DNA of 64,000 bases from an uncultured Alphaproteobacteria bacterium (GTDB lineage Bacteria; Pseudomonadota; Alphaproteobacteria; RF32; CAG-239), in the NCBI GenBank assembly GCA_944391465.1, contig CALXTS010000006.1, forward strand, positions 397-64,396, given 5' to 3'. The notes beneath the pieces were generated by a model, which saw only the letters and a program-made list of their open reading frames with translations, ran no database searches and was not told the origin of the DNA. The position numbers and the translations under genes were made by a program. The stretch's first letter is position 1; every line of letters begins with the position of its first letter. Below are positions 17,342-27,086 of the stretch, one piece after another.

Positions 17342-18490
17342 ATGACAAAATCAAGTAAAGCGAAACGTTACGGATATTGGATAATAGGAGTTTTTGCATT
17401 ATCCGTGTTATTTGTTATGTATTTTGAGGTACTGGATATAAAAAAGAGTAAAGCGGCGACCTCATCGCCATCAAATACTAAAGAGATGACTTTAAATGTC
17501 ATTCCCCTCAAACGCCAAAATGTTGAGTTGATAAATCAATATATTGGCTATATCACGCCGATAAAATCGGTCAGCCTTGTACCTAATATCAGCGGATATT
17601 TGCAAGATATTTGGGTACAGGGCGGACAGGAGGTTAAAATCGGAGATAATTTGATTCTTATACAGCAAGATGAGTACAAAGCACGTTTAGACGCAGCAGA
17701 AGCATCTGTTGGTCAGGCACAGGCAGCATATAATAATGCTTCAATTTATTACCAAAGGATAAAAAAAGCCTCATCAAAAGCAGTTTCAAAGACGGATTTT
17801 GATAATGCAAAAGCGCAATTCTTGAGCGCGCAAGCGGCACTGGCACAAGCAAAAGCCAACTACGCTCTCGCCAAAGTAAATTATGATTATACTGTTTTAC
17901 AGGCCCCCATAGACGGAATAGTCGGTAATGTTGACTTAACAGCGGGAAATTATGTTTCACCATCATCATCGCCTTTAATAAAAATTATCCAATACAATCC
18001 GATTCGCGTTGTTTTCTCAATCACGGATAAAGAATATATTCAGGAAATAAAAAACAATAAGGAAACTCTTTTTAAGGGTGAAAATATTAAATTGCGTTTG
18101 GCCAATAATATTCTTTATCCATATTCGGGAGAATTTAAATTTACGGATAATGAAATTAATCGTTCAACCAATTCTATATCCGTATATGCGGATTTTGCCA
18201 ATCCAGATAAGATGTTGGTAGCCAATGCCTATGTTGATGTTTTGTTGGAAAAAAAATTAAACGATGTTTATCTGATTAGGCAGAACTATGTCGATATGTC
18301 ATCAGGCGGAAATTTTATTTATACTGTTCGTGGCGGAAAAATATATAAAAATGCCATAGAAATTAGCGGAATCAAAGGAGACAACTATGTTGTAAGTGCA
18401 AATTTCGCCTCTGACGAATATTTGGTAACGGATAAGGTAAAGAAGATTCCGGAAGGGACTAAAGTAAAAATAAAACAAGTTGCCGAATAA
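17342..18490 (+). CDS. RND efflux periplasmic adaptor (membrane fusion protein)
   Basis: N-terminal anchor, an alpha-hairpin (AQAAYNNA...AQAALAQAKANYALAKVNYDYTVLQAPIDG), and a beta-barrel C-terminus. Confidence 0.9.
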   Translation: MTKSSKAKRYGYWIIGVFALSVLFVMYFEVLDIKKSKAATSSPSNTKEMTLNVIPLKRQNVELINQYIGYITPIKSVSLVPNISGYLQDIWVQGGQEVKIGDNLILIQQDEYKARLDAAEASVGQAQAAYNNASIYYQRIKKASSKAVSKTDFDNAKAQFLSAQAALAQAKANYALAKVNYDYTVLQAPIDGIVGNVDLTAGNYVSPSSSPLIKIIQYNPIRVVFSITDKEYIQEIKNNKETLFKGENIKLRLANNILYPYSGEFKFTDNEINRSTNSISVYADFANPDKMLVANAYVDVLLEKKLNDVYLIRQNYVDMSSGGNFIYTVRGGKIYKNAIEISGIKGDNYVVSANFASDEYLVTDKVKKIPEGTKVKIKQVAE

Positions 18491-18505
18491 AAGGAGTAAA
18501 CCAAA

Positions 18506-21500
18506 ATGTTATCGGAATTTTTCATAGATAAACCGAGATTTGCCGGAGTTATTTCAATCGTAATGGTTCTGCTTGGCTTGTTGGCAATAGTTGTTTTGCC
18601 GGTTTCTCAATATCCGCAAATAACACCGCCACAAATTGTCGTATCCACAACATATCCGGGAGCTAATGCACAGGTTTTGGTAGATACGGTGGCCATTCCG
18701 ATAGAAAATCAAATTAACGGGGTTGAGGATATGCTTTACATGTCCTCAACCTCAGATGATAACGGAAGCTACCAATTGACGATAACCTTTAATATCGGAA
18801 CGGATCCGGATATTGCACAGGTAAAAGTACAAAATCGTCTTCAGCAAGTGATGTCACAGCTTCCGGAACTCGTTACCAAAGAAGGGATTACCGTAAAAAC
18901 ACAAATGTCAAATATTTTGGGCATGTTGGCGTTACGTTCACCGCATAATACTTACAGTGATTTATATTTAAGCAACTTTGCATACAGCAATATCCAAAAT
19001 CCGTTGGGACGAATTCCCGGTATTGGAGATGTATCCATTTATGGTCCGCAATATTCAATGCGTATTTGGCTAAATGCCGATAAAATAACTTCGTTGGGGC
19101 TCAGTTCCTCAGATATAGCTAATGCAATTTCTTCACAAAACGTACAAGCCTCAATAGGAGAAGTCGGTTCTGCACCAAGTACGCCGGATACACCGATAGT
19201 ATTGTCATTGGCCGCCAAAGGGTTGTTGAATAATGTTGAAGATTTTCGAAATATAATTGTAGCCACTTCGGCAGACGGAGGAATTGTTCGTTTAAAAGAT
19301 GTTGCCCGAATAGAGTTGGGCGCGGATAGTTATAATATAAAAGCACATTATGACAGCGGAGCAGCGGTAATTATCGGATTAAGCCAAACCCCGAATACCA
19401 ACTCTCTTGAAATAATGAAAAACGTCGATAAAGAAATTGAGCAATTGAGCCAGACGTTTCCGGAAGATATGGAACTGATGGTCGCTTATGATTCAACAGA
19501 CTATGTACGAGCATCAATAGAAAGTATTATAGAAACTCTGGTAATTACATTTATGTTGGTTGTTTTGGTAACCTACGTATTTTTACAAAAATTTACCACA
19601 ACGCTTATTCCTTTAATAACAATACCCGTTTCTTTAGTGGCAACATTTGCCGTTATCTATGCGTTAGGCTTTGATATAAATATTTTAACGCTTTTCGCAA
19701 TGATTTTGGCCATCGGTCTGGTTGTAGATGATGCGATAATTGTGGTGGAACGTGTGCAATATCTGATGCTTTATGAAAAATTAAACGCTAAAGATGCTGC
19801 GGTTAAGGCCATGAAACAAATCGGTAGTGCAATTATAGCAACCACGTTTGTTTTGCTTTCAATTTTTGTTCCTGTAGGGCTAATGGCAGGAATTACCGGA
19901 AAAATTTACCAGCAATTTGCCGTAACTATAGCAACGGCGGTGATTTTTTCGGCATTTAATGCTCTGACACTCAGCCCGTCATTATGTGCAATTTTTTTAA
20001 GAGGCGGAACTCAAGAACAAGCCAACGGATTTTTTAAATGGTTTGATGAGACAATAGATTATTTTAAAGAAAAATATATTAATGTCGTAGGCTTTTTCTC
20101 TTCATACTTAAAAATAACGGTTTTAGTTGTTTTGGGAACAATAGCCTTAGTGGGGCTCGGGTTTAAAATAACGGCAACTTCATTTCTTCCGGAAGAAGAT
20201 CAGGGAATAATCTTTGCCAATATTCAGCTTGATGATACGGCAACAATCAACCAAACCAATCAGGTTTTGGAGGATATGACACAAAAAGTTTTAGAGATGC
20301 CGGGAGTGCGCTATTTTATAAACGTTGCAGGCTATTCAATGCTCGGAGGCGGAGGAGAAAATGTTGCCTTTGGAATGGTCGGCTTGGCACCGTGGTCTCA
20401 ACGTAAAACAAAGGAATTATCTATAGAAAGTATTACCAATAAACTTTTAGAAAAATTCAGAAATCAAAACGGAGCAGAAATTAACTTTTTTGCACCTCCG
20501 TCGATTCCCGGTATCGGAAAAAGCAGCGGTTTATCTTTAGAGCTTTTGGCAACAAACGGAAATACTACACCGATAGAACTATACAAAGTAATGGAAGATT
20601 TTCTGTATGAACTCAATAAAGATAAAGACTTGTCTTACGCGTTTAGCACGTTTACGGCAGAAACACCTCATATATATCTAGATATAGACAGAACCAAACT
20701 GGAAAGTTACGGAATCCCCGTTGCAAATTTATTTGAAACTCTGCAAACAAATCTAGGTTCGCGCTATATTAACAATATTACGCTAAGTGGTCAGGTTAAT
20801 AAAGTAATTATTCAAGCGGATTTTCCGTATAGAAAAAATATTGATGATGTAAAAAAATTATATGTTCCGAATTCTGAAGGAAATTTAATCCGAGTTGACA
20901 GTTTTGCAGATGTCAGAACAACAATCTCTCCGAAGATAATATATCGTTATAATCAATATACAGATGCCTCAATCGTAGCCCAAGCTCAAGAAAATGTCAG
21001 TACCGGAACGGCAATAGATGCCGTACGCAATATGGCAGATAAGATGTTATCAAAAGATTTCAAAATTGCTTGGACGGGATTAAGTCTGCAAGAAGTAGAG
21101 GCTTCAGGACTGGCAATAATCTTAATTACACTGGCTTTGATATTCTGTTATTTGTTTTTGGTTGCTTTGTATGAAAGCTGGATGTTGGCATTTGCAGTTA
21201 TGTTTTCAACGGTTTTTGCAATACTCGGAGCCATTATCGGTTTGCATTTAATGGGGCAGTCGTTAAGTATTTACGCTCAATTGGGATTGATAATGTTGAT
21301 AGGATTAGCCGCTAAAAATGCAATTTTGATTGTGGAATTTACTAAAGCCTATCGAGAAAACGGCGATACAATTCTTGAGGCTTCAAAAAAAGGAGCGGGA
21401 GAACGTTTTCGAGCCGTTTTAATGACAGCACTGACCTTTATTTTAGGCGTGTATCCGATGATAATAGCTAAAGGAGCTGGAGCGGCGAGCCAAATAGCTA

Positions 21501-21682
21501 TCGGAACATCTGTATTTTACGGAATGATAATGGCAACCTTCGTCGGTATAATTTTTATTCCGGCACTGTTTGCAGTTTTTGAGAATATCAAAGAGAGATT
21601 TGGAAAAAAAGATATTCAAGAAACTAAAGAACAAAATTCGGATTCTATTGTAAATACGGAAGGAGACAGGCGCAATGCGTAA
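18506..21682 (+). CDS. RND multidrug efflux permease (AcrB/HAE1 family)
   Basis: 1058 aa, 12-TM architecture. Conserved segments [21 protein letters not shown] and [11 protein letters not shown]. Confidence 0.95.
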   Translation: MLSEFFIDKPRFAGVISIVMVLLGLLAIVVLPVSQYPQITPPQIVVSTTYPGANAQVLVDTVAIPIENQINGVEDMLYMSSTSDDNGSYQLTITFNIGTDPDIAQVKVQNRLQQVMSQLPELVTKEGITVKTQMSNILGMLALRSPHNTYSDLYLSNFAYSNIQNPLGRIPGIGDVSIYGPQYSMRIWLNADKITSLGLSSSDIANAISSQNVQASIGEVGSAPSTPDTPIVLSLAAKGLLNNVEDFRNIIVATSADGGIVRLKDVARIELGADSYNIKAHYDSGAAVIIGLSQTPNTNSLEIMKNVDKEIEQLSQTFPEDMELMVAYDSTDYVRASIESIIETLVITFMLVVLVTYVFLQKFTTTLIPLITIPVSLVATFAVIYALGFDINILTLFAMILAIGLVVDDAIIVVERVQYLMLYEKLNAKDAAVKAMKQIGSAIIATTFVLLSIFVPVGLMAGITGKIYQQFAVTIATAVIFSAFNALTLSPSLCAIFLRGGTQEQANGFFKWFDETIDYFKEKYINVVGFFSSYLKITVLVVLGTIALVGLGFKITATSFLPEEDQGIIFANIQLDDTATINQTNQVLEDMTQKVLEMPGVRYFINVAGYSMLGGGGENVAFGMVGLAPWSQRKTKELSIESITNKLLEKFRNQNGAEINFFAPPSIPGIGKSSGLSLELLATNGNTTPIELYKVMEDFLYELNKDKDLSYAFSTFTAETPHIYLDIDRTKLESYGIPVANLFETLQTNLGSRYINNITLSGQVNKVIIQADFPYRKNIDDVKKLYVPNSEGNLIRVDSFADVRTTISPKIIYRYNQYTDASIVAQAQENVSTGTAIDAVRNMADKMLSKDFKIAWTGLSLQEVEASGLAIILITLALIFCYLFLVALYESWMLAFAVMFSTVFAILGAIIGLHLMGQSLSIYAQLGLIMLIGLAAKNAILIVEFTKAYRENGDTILEASKKGAGERFRAVLMTALTFILGVYPMIIAKGAGAASQIAIGTSVFYGMIMATFVGIIFIPALFAVFENIKERFGKKDIQETKEQNSDSIVNTEGDRRNA

Positions 21683-23135
21683 GGTTTTAAGTATTTTTTC
21701 TGTGTGCTTGCTGTTGTCTTGCACGGTAGGTCCGGATTATGAACGACCTGAGTTTTATTCAGATGAAAATATAAAAAACAGCCTGAATTTAAAACCGATA
21801 AACAATAATAGCGTTTCTTTAGAATGGTATAAAGAATTTAACGATTCGATATTAAATGATTTAATTGCATCTTCAATAAAACATAATCCGAATGTCGGTG
21901 TTGCCAAAGAACGTCTCAGACAGGCAAGACAAAATTTTAAGATAAATAAATTTTCAATGTTTCCGACCTTGGATGCCGATGGTAGCTATCATTATGTTAA
22001 AGATAGTATAAGTTATGGCGTCCCGATATCTACAGACTATTTTCAAAGCGGATTGGATGCCAGCTGGGAGCTTGACATCTGGGGCGGAGGAACGCGTTTA
22101 ACCGAAAGCGCGCTTGCATTGGTTAATGCCGCCGGTGCAAATTTAAATAATGTTCGCCTGAGCTTAACCGCTGAGGTCGCATCAAACTATATAAGTTTGC
22201 GTCAAACCCAAGAACAATTGCGCATATCAAAAGAAAATCAAAAACTCCAACAAGAGATATATGATTTGGTAAATGAAAAATATGGTCTGGGTTTGACAGA
22301 TGACATTACGTTAAAACAGGCTCAGTATCTTTTAGAAAATACCAAAGCACAAATACCGGTATTGGAAAATGCTGTCAATGCGTATAAGAATTCATTGGCT
22401 ATTTTATCAGGAGAACTTCCGGGAACACTGGATGATAAACTGATTGATGTACAACCGAATTTGGTTTCCAAACAATTCAAATACAATCTGGAAAGATTGT
22501 ATCAGTTACCGATTGAAATCATCAGAAACAGACCGGACGTTCAAGTTGCCGAACAAAATCTGATATCAGATAACGCATTGATAGGGCAGGCCATATCAAA
22601 TTTATTTCCCGGTGTTAGCATCAGCGGTTTTTTAGGTTACCAAGGCGCTAAAATTCCGGGGTTAATAAGTAGTAATAATAGTATGTACAGCTATTCTCCG
22701 GTAATTAATATGCCGTTATTTCATTGGGGCGCACTGATAAATACGGTAGAACTTCAAAAATCTAAAAAAGAGGAGGCGTTGAAACTTTATCAATCAAGCA
22801 TATTGACCGCAGTGAATGATATTCGAAATTCAACGGATAAATTAGAAAAGGAATATCAAAGTAATGCCTCGGCATATCAAGCATGGCAGTCTCAAAAAGA
22901 GGCCGATAGTTTGACTCTTGATAAGTATAAACAAGGCTTGATTGCTTTTAATGAAGTTTTGTCCTCACAGCAAAATTTATTATCCGCGCAACAAAGCTAC
23001 ATAAATAGCAACGCCAATATATATCAGGATATTATAAGTTTTTATAAATCTGTTGGCGGTGGATATCAAACAAAACTCAAAAGTTTATATAAACCGATAA
23101 AAGAGTGTAATCAGCCTACATCTCAGGAACACTAA
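21675..23135 (+). CDS. Efflux outer membrane factor lipoprotein (NodT family)
   Basis: Lipobox LLSC followed by [10 protein letters not shown]. Its start overlaps the end of the RND gene, which suggests translational coupling. Confidence 0.9.
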   Translation: MRKVLSIFSVCLLLSCTVGPDYERPEFYSDENIKNSLNLKPINNNSVSLEWYKEFNDSILNDLIASSIKHNPNVGVAKERLRQARQNFKINKFSMFPTLDADGSYHYVKDSISYGVPISTDYFQSGLDASWELDIWGGGTRLTESALALVNAAGANLNNVRLSLTAEVASNYISLRQTQEQLRISKENQKLQQEIYDLVNEKYGLGLTDDITLKQAQYLLENTKAQIPVLENAVNAYKNSLAILSGELPGTLDDKLIDVQPNLVSKQFKYNLERLYQLPIEIIRNRPDVQVAEQNLISDNALIGQAISNLFPGVSISGFLGYQGAKIPGLISSNNSMYSYSPVINMPLFHWGALINTVELQKSKKEEALKLYQSSILTAVNDIRNSTDKLEKEYQSNASAYQAWQSQKEADSLTLDKYKQGLIAFNEVLSSQQNLLSAQQSYINSNANIYQDIISFYKSVGGGYQTKLKSLYKPIKECNQPTSQEH

Positions 23136-23580
23136 ACGGACGCTGTAACATAGGTGTCCGAGCCCGATACAGATTGATGTTTGTAATTTCGGGAATATCA
23201 TGTTCTCGATACCAATATCCCTTTGAGCGCATGCATTTGCTATAATCTTTCGGATTGATATCATCATCATCATAGCGAGAGTTTACAATAAGCGGTTGAG
23301 CGCCTGGGTAAGGGATATAAGATGCCCAAATACCTTTGGTTGAGTTCCAGTCGGCCTTTGTATTGAGTTTAGTTTCCTCAGTATAAAACCAAGTTCTGAA
23401 ATCAGGCATAAGTTTAAATTCTTTAGCAGCTAAAAGACATTCAGCATGGTCTCTGGAAAACTTTTCAACACCGGTGTGCATTTTTTCCCAGTGGAAAACA
23501 ACTTGCCCGCTTCCTTTGGAAAGATAAGTACAAGAACAAAGTCCGAAAATAAAGAATGTCAGATAAATTTTAGTTTTCAT
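23116..23580 (-). CDS. Hypothetical lipoprotein
   Basis: Signal peptide with lipobox FGLCSC. I recognise no domain. Confidence 0.5.
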   Translation of the reverse strand: MKTKIYLTFFIFGLCSCTYLSKGSGQVVFHWEKMHTGVEKFSRDHAECLLAAKEFKLMPDFRTWFYTEETKLNTKADWNSTKGIWASYIPYPGAQPLIVNSRYDDDDINPKDYSKCMRSKGYWYREHDIPEITNINLYRARTPMLQRPFSVPEM

Positions 23581-23587
23581 GCGTCAC

Positions 23588-24253
23588 CTAAAAATCCAAA
23601 TTAGTGTAATGCCTTGAAGGTAAAATCCCCTTAATATTGTCTTTTAGAATATCTTTAAACGAGGGACGGGATTTAACTTTTGAATACCAGAGTTTAACAT
23701 TACGGGCATATTCCCAAGGGACATCGCCGAGGTAATCAATAACGGATAATTGAGCAACCGCCGAAACATCAGCCATAGAAAATTCATCACAAGCCAAATA
23801 TTTTCTTTTTTCCAATAACCAATCCATATATTCCAAATGAAAATTAAGATTATTGAGACCGGCTTTTAATATTTTTGAATCGGGAGCGCTTCCAAAAGCA
23901 AACCTTTTAAAAACTTTCTCATACGCAATATTACGAAAAACATCTTTATAAAATTTATTATCAAACCAATCAGCCAATCGCCTGATTTCAGCTTTAGCAA
24001 GAGCATCTCCGAAAATCAGCGGAGGTTCTTGGTTGACTTCTTCTAAATATTCAGAGATAGCATAATTTCCGGAAATTGTAGTTCCGTCATTAATAAAGAT
24101 AGGTAGTTCTCCGGCCGGATTCAATTTATAAACATCGTCACTCAACCGCCAAGGTTCTTCTTCTTTTAAAATAAACAGCATTTTTTTCTCGCTCATCATG
24201 ATTCTGATTTTGCGAGCCAGAGGAGAAACCGGATGATGAATTAATAATGCCAT
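23588..24253 (-). CDS. Glutathione S-transferase family protein
   Basis: Thioredoxin-like N-terminus (SPLARKIRIMM...ELPIF...ISEYL) and a helical C-terminal domain. Confidence 0.6.
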   Translation of the reverse strand: MALLIHHPVSPLARKIRIMMSEKKMLFILKEEEPWRLSDDVYKLNPAGELPIFINDGTTISGNYAISEYLEEVNQEPPLIFGDALAKAEIRRLADWFDNKFYKDVFRNIAYEKVFKRFAFGSAPDSKILKAGLNNLNFHLEYMDWLLEKRKYLACDEFSMADVSAVAQLSVIDYLGDVPWEYARNVKLWYSKVKSRPSFKDILKDNIKGILPSRHYTNLDF

Positions 24254-24326
24254 TGAAAAAGCCTTTCTGAAAAAGTTTTTAATATAGTAACCGATAGTTT
24301 TTAAAGGTCAAGTAAACGCAGAAGTA

Positions 24327-25229
24327 TTATTGAGAAATTTTCTCATCTGTTGTATTTTCTTGAGAAGGATTCTCCAACCCAAAAGTCGGAGGAACCACAC
24401 CGCTGTACTGCTTTTCAATATCAGTTACAATAGAATTTAAGTTATCCAAAACCTGCTGTTTTATTTTTTCATTTTTGCAGTAGGTTGTAAGTTGCTTTGT
24501 AATCATTTTTCGGTCTTTTGCAAATTTAGAAACCGCGAGAAACATCGGCATATTCCAAATAGTTTGTTTGGCAACGCTAATCTGATTTTTTAGACCGATT
24601 TTGGCAGCTTCGATTAATCCGCGATAATGGTTAACTAAAATATAATCAACCTTTTTTGTAAAAAGGCGCTCAAATAAATCATAAGGTTTATCAACGGTTT
24701 CAATGTTATATTGAGCAATTTGTTCTTTAACAAAGTCGTTAAGAGGCTCATCAGCCAAGCGAACACCTTTAAGGTTTTTCAAATCATCAATTTCTTTAAT
24801 GTCGTTGACTCGATTCGGAAGAACAAATACTGTTAATGGGCTGCTGATAATAGCCGGATAAATTAATTCCAAACCATGGTATTTTTCAGTATTGTAATAG
24901 GCTCCGAGCAAAACATCGACATCACCGCGTCGAACATCTTGAACAAAATCATCATAAGTTTTTTTGCGAGTTTTATAAGTAAGCTGTAAGTTATTATCCT
25001 TTTTAAAAATCTCAAGTAAAGGAGAAAAAACGGTATGATATTCTTGGCGTCCTTGAGGATTCGTGATGTTATATCCATAAGGAGTAAAATCAAGGAAACC
25101 GGTAACTTTAACTTCTCGAACGAGACGTTTGGCCATTTTCTCCTCATATTTCACAAAAGCAAAACAATTAGAACTAAAAAAGGCCACAAACAGAGATAAA
25201 AGAATTATTTTAGCGCTAAATTTCATCAT
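24327..25229 (-). CDS. Periplasmic solute-binding protein (family 3-like)
   Basis: Signal peptide (MMKFSAKIILLSLFVAFFSSNCFA). The length and pattern resemble PBPb-type binding proteins. Assignment is weak. Confidence 0.45.
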   Translation of the reverse strand: MMKFSAKIILLSLFVAFFSSNCFAFVKYEEKMAKRLVREVKVTGFLDFTPYGYNITNPQGRQEYHTVFSPLLEIFKKDNNLQLTYKTRKKTYDDFVQDVRRGDVDVLLGAYYNTEKYHGLELIYPAIISSPLTVFVLPNRVNDIKEIDDLKNLKGVRLADEPLNDFVKEQIAQYNIETVDKPYDLFERLFTKKVDYILVNHYRGLIEAAKIGLKNQISVAKQTIWNMPMFLAVSKFAKDRKMITKQLTTYCKNEKIKQQVLDNLNSIVTDIEKQYSGVVPPTFGLENPSQENTTDEKISQ

Positions 25230-25332
25230 TTTTTCTCGCAAATAAGATATATTTACTATTTTGTAACTTAAAGTATAATACAATAATAGAGTTAAAAAAT
25301 ATTTTAATTTTGTATAAGGATAACCAAATAAA

Positions 25333-25701
25333 ATGGACGTTTCTCAAAAGTATGCTCAAACAGAGGTTTCCGGAATGAAGCAGTCCGAACTAGAAAGTCG
25401 GGCGCTGATAAAAACGGCATCTCATTTGAACCTAATTAAGGAGCATTGGGATGAAAAGAACTCCGAGCTGGAAGAGGCGTTAGAAAAGAATAGAAAATTG
25501 TGGGCGATTTTAGCATCGGCAGTAGCTGAGAATGAAACGCCTTTGCCGGAAGAAATAAAGAAAAGTATATTAAGTCTGGCAATGTTTATATTCCAAAGAA
25601 CTGTGGAGATTCTAACACATCCTGCTCCCGAAAAATTAAATATTCTGATAAATATAAATATGAATATTGCCAAAGGCTTAGGCGGAAACGCAGATAAATA
25701 A
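25333..25701 (+). CDS. flaF: Flagellar biosynthesis regulator FlaF
   Basis: 122 aa. The segment NRKLWAILASAVAENETPLPEEIKKSILSLAMFI matches the FlaF signature N..LW....D....N.LP..L...I..L as I recall it. Confidence 0.75.
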   Translation: MDVSQKYAQTEVSGMKQSELESRALIKTASHLNLIKEHWDEKNSELEEALEKNRKLWAILASAVAENETPLPEEIKKSILSLAMFIFQRTVEILTHPAPEKLNILININMNIAKGLGGNADK

Positions 25702-25722
25702 GCAGACAAATGACTAGTAGAT

Positions 25723-25759
25723 AAAGCCCCCGTTTAACAAGAACGGGGCTTTTTATTTT
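25723..25759 (+). terminator. flaF terminator (first part of the conserved cassette)
   Basis: AAAGCCCCCGTT ... AACGGGGCTTT followed by TTATTTT. Confidence 0.7.
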
Positions 25760-25781
25760 GTCCTCCTGATAAAATTATTGA

Positions 25782-25810
25782 TTGACATAAGCAAGATGCA
25801 GATTTATAAT
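25782..25810 (+). promoter_or_regulatory. Consensus sigma-70 promoter of Cys-rich gene A
   Basis: TTGACA (25782-25787), a 17-nt spacer, and TATAAT (25805-25810), preceded by the A/T-rich AAATTATT. Confidence 0.75.
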
Positions 25811-25933
25811 AAAATAAACAGTATGGAGAAATATTCCCTAATCCACCCGCATCAATTTTGTCAGGGAACGCTTTTCATATGTCAAAGTGATGTTCTTCAT
25901 ATTGCTTTTAAATATAAATTGAGGAGGATGGCC

Positions 25934-27064
25934 ATGCAGAAGCGTTGGATTAAAATTTTCTTCACAGTAGCTGTAGCAGTATTAATTTCCTCAACAGTTT
26001 CCGCAGGGATTATATCATTACCAAGATATACGGGAGAATTTGCATATAGGACAAGCACCGGAGGAAGAGATGGTGTCTGCTCTTCATCATATCAATATAC
26101 TTGTAGTGGAACCGGATATTCCGGAGGCTCAGGAGCATCTTGCGGTGGAAAGTATCAATCATGTATCTGTACTTCAGATTATAAATGGTCTGGAGGAAAA
26201 TGTGTTTTAAAGAGCTGTTCGGACTATGGATATTTAGCATCAAAAGATACATCGAAATCCTGTACCGAGAAAACACCTCGTACAGGATTAACCTGCTATT
26301 CATGCACAGGATGTGATACCAATGTTTATAAGTATAATTGCTCAGGTGGTATAAATTCTACGACGCAGAGTAGTAATAGTTGTAACAGTTTATATGATGA
26401 ATGTAGCTGTGTGACAAATGCCACATGGAATGCGACAAGTGGAAAGTGTGAATGTAAAACAGATTATAAAGTCAGTGGCACCTCATGTGTCTTAAAAACC
26501 TGTTCGGATTACGGATATTTGGAAAGTTCGGATAGTACAAAGAGTTGTACGAGTAAGACACCACGGACGGGATTAACCTGTTATAGTTGCACAGATTGTG
26601 ACAGCAGTTATAAATATAATTGCAGTAGTATAACAAATGCAAGTGGCGGAGATGGTAGTTCTTGCGGCGGAAAATATCAAAAATGTACATGCAAAAGTGG
26701 TTACTACTGGAGTAACGGAAGTTGTGTAAAAAGTTGTACAGCTGTTTCATGCGAAGGAGCAACAGCATGTAATGGTAAAAGTTGTACAATATTTAAATCA
26801 TCGGCAATAACCAACGCTTCTGAGTTGGGAACGGGAATTGGTAGTTATGCATCTTGTAGTCCAACCAATTGTAGCGGAACCTCATACAAATATGGCTACC
26901 TTCCGACAGCGTGTGCTACCGGTTATGCCGGATATGATATCGGTGATTGTCCAATACCATTTACAACAGATTGCGATACTTTGGGATATAAATGGGAAAG
27001 CTGTTCAGAATCACAACAAGAATTGAAATGCTTATTTAATAGTGCCAAAGTTTTTTGCTATTGA
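25934..27064 (+). CDS. Secreted cysteine-rich repeat protein (376 aa), paralog family of the 2534-aa giant
   Basis: GAGGAGG lies 6 nt upstream of the ATG at 25934. Signal peptide MQKRWIKIFFTVAVAVLISSTVSAG. C-x-C modules include SCGGKYQSCICTSDYKW and SCGGKYQKCTCKSGYYW. The ORF-track start at 25778 lies inside the promoter. Confidence 0.8.
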   Translation: MQKRWIKIFFTVAVAVLISSTVSAGIISLPRYTGEFAYRTSTGGRDGVCSSSYQYTCSGTGYSGGSGASCGGKYQSCICTSDYKWSGGKCVLKSCSDYGYLASKDTSKSCTEKTPRTGLTCYSCTGCDTNVYKYNCSGGINSTTQSSNSCNSLYDECSCVTNATWNATSGKCECKTDYKVSGTSCVLKTCSDYGYLESSDSTKSCTSKTPRTGLTCYSCTDCDSSYKYNCSSITNASGGDGSSCGGKYQKCTCKSGYYWSNGSCVKSCTAVSCEGATACNGKSCTIFKSSAITNASELGTGIGSYASCSPTNCSGTSYKYGYLPTACATGYAGYDIGDCPIPFTTDCDTLGYKWESCSESQQELKCLFNSAKVFCY

Positions 27065-27086
27065 TTAAATATTGAGGAGAAAGAAA

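Noticed and set aside
25778-25933. The ORF-track N-terminal extension (MIDISKMQIYNK...) of the 428-aa ORF.
   Set aside because: The extension begins inside the TTGACA -35 element and spans the TATAAT box and the leader. A GAGGAGG RBS and a textbook signal peptide start at 25934. The same MQKR start is conserved at 63372.
25811-25933. Claiming that the two Cys-rich leaders (25811-25933 and 63248-63371) share a conserved secondary structure.
   Set aside because: Apart from CCGCAT and the RBS/start block, I could not align them or find equivalent stems. Only similar length and position are supported, so homology of fold is not asserted.
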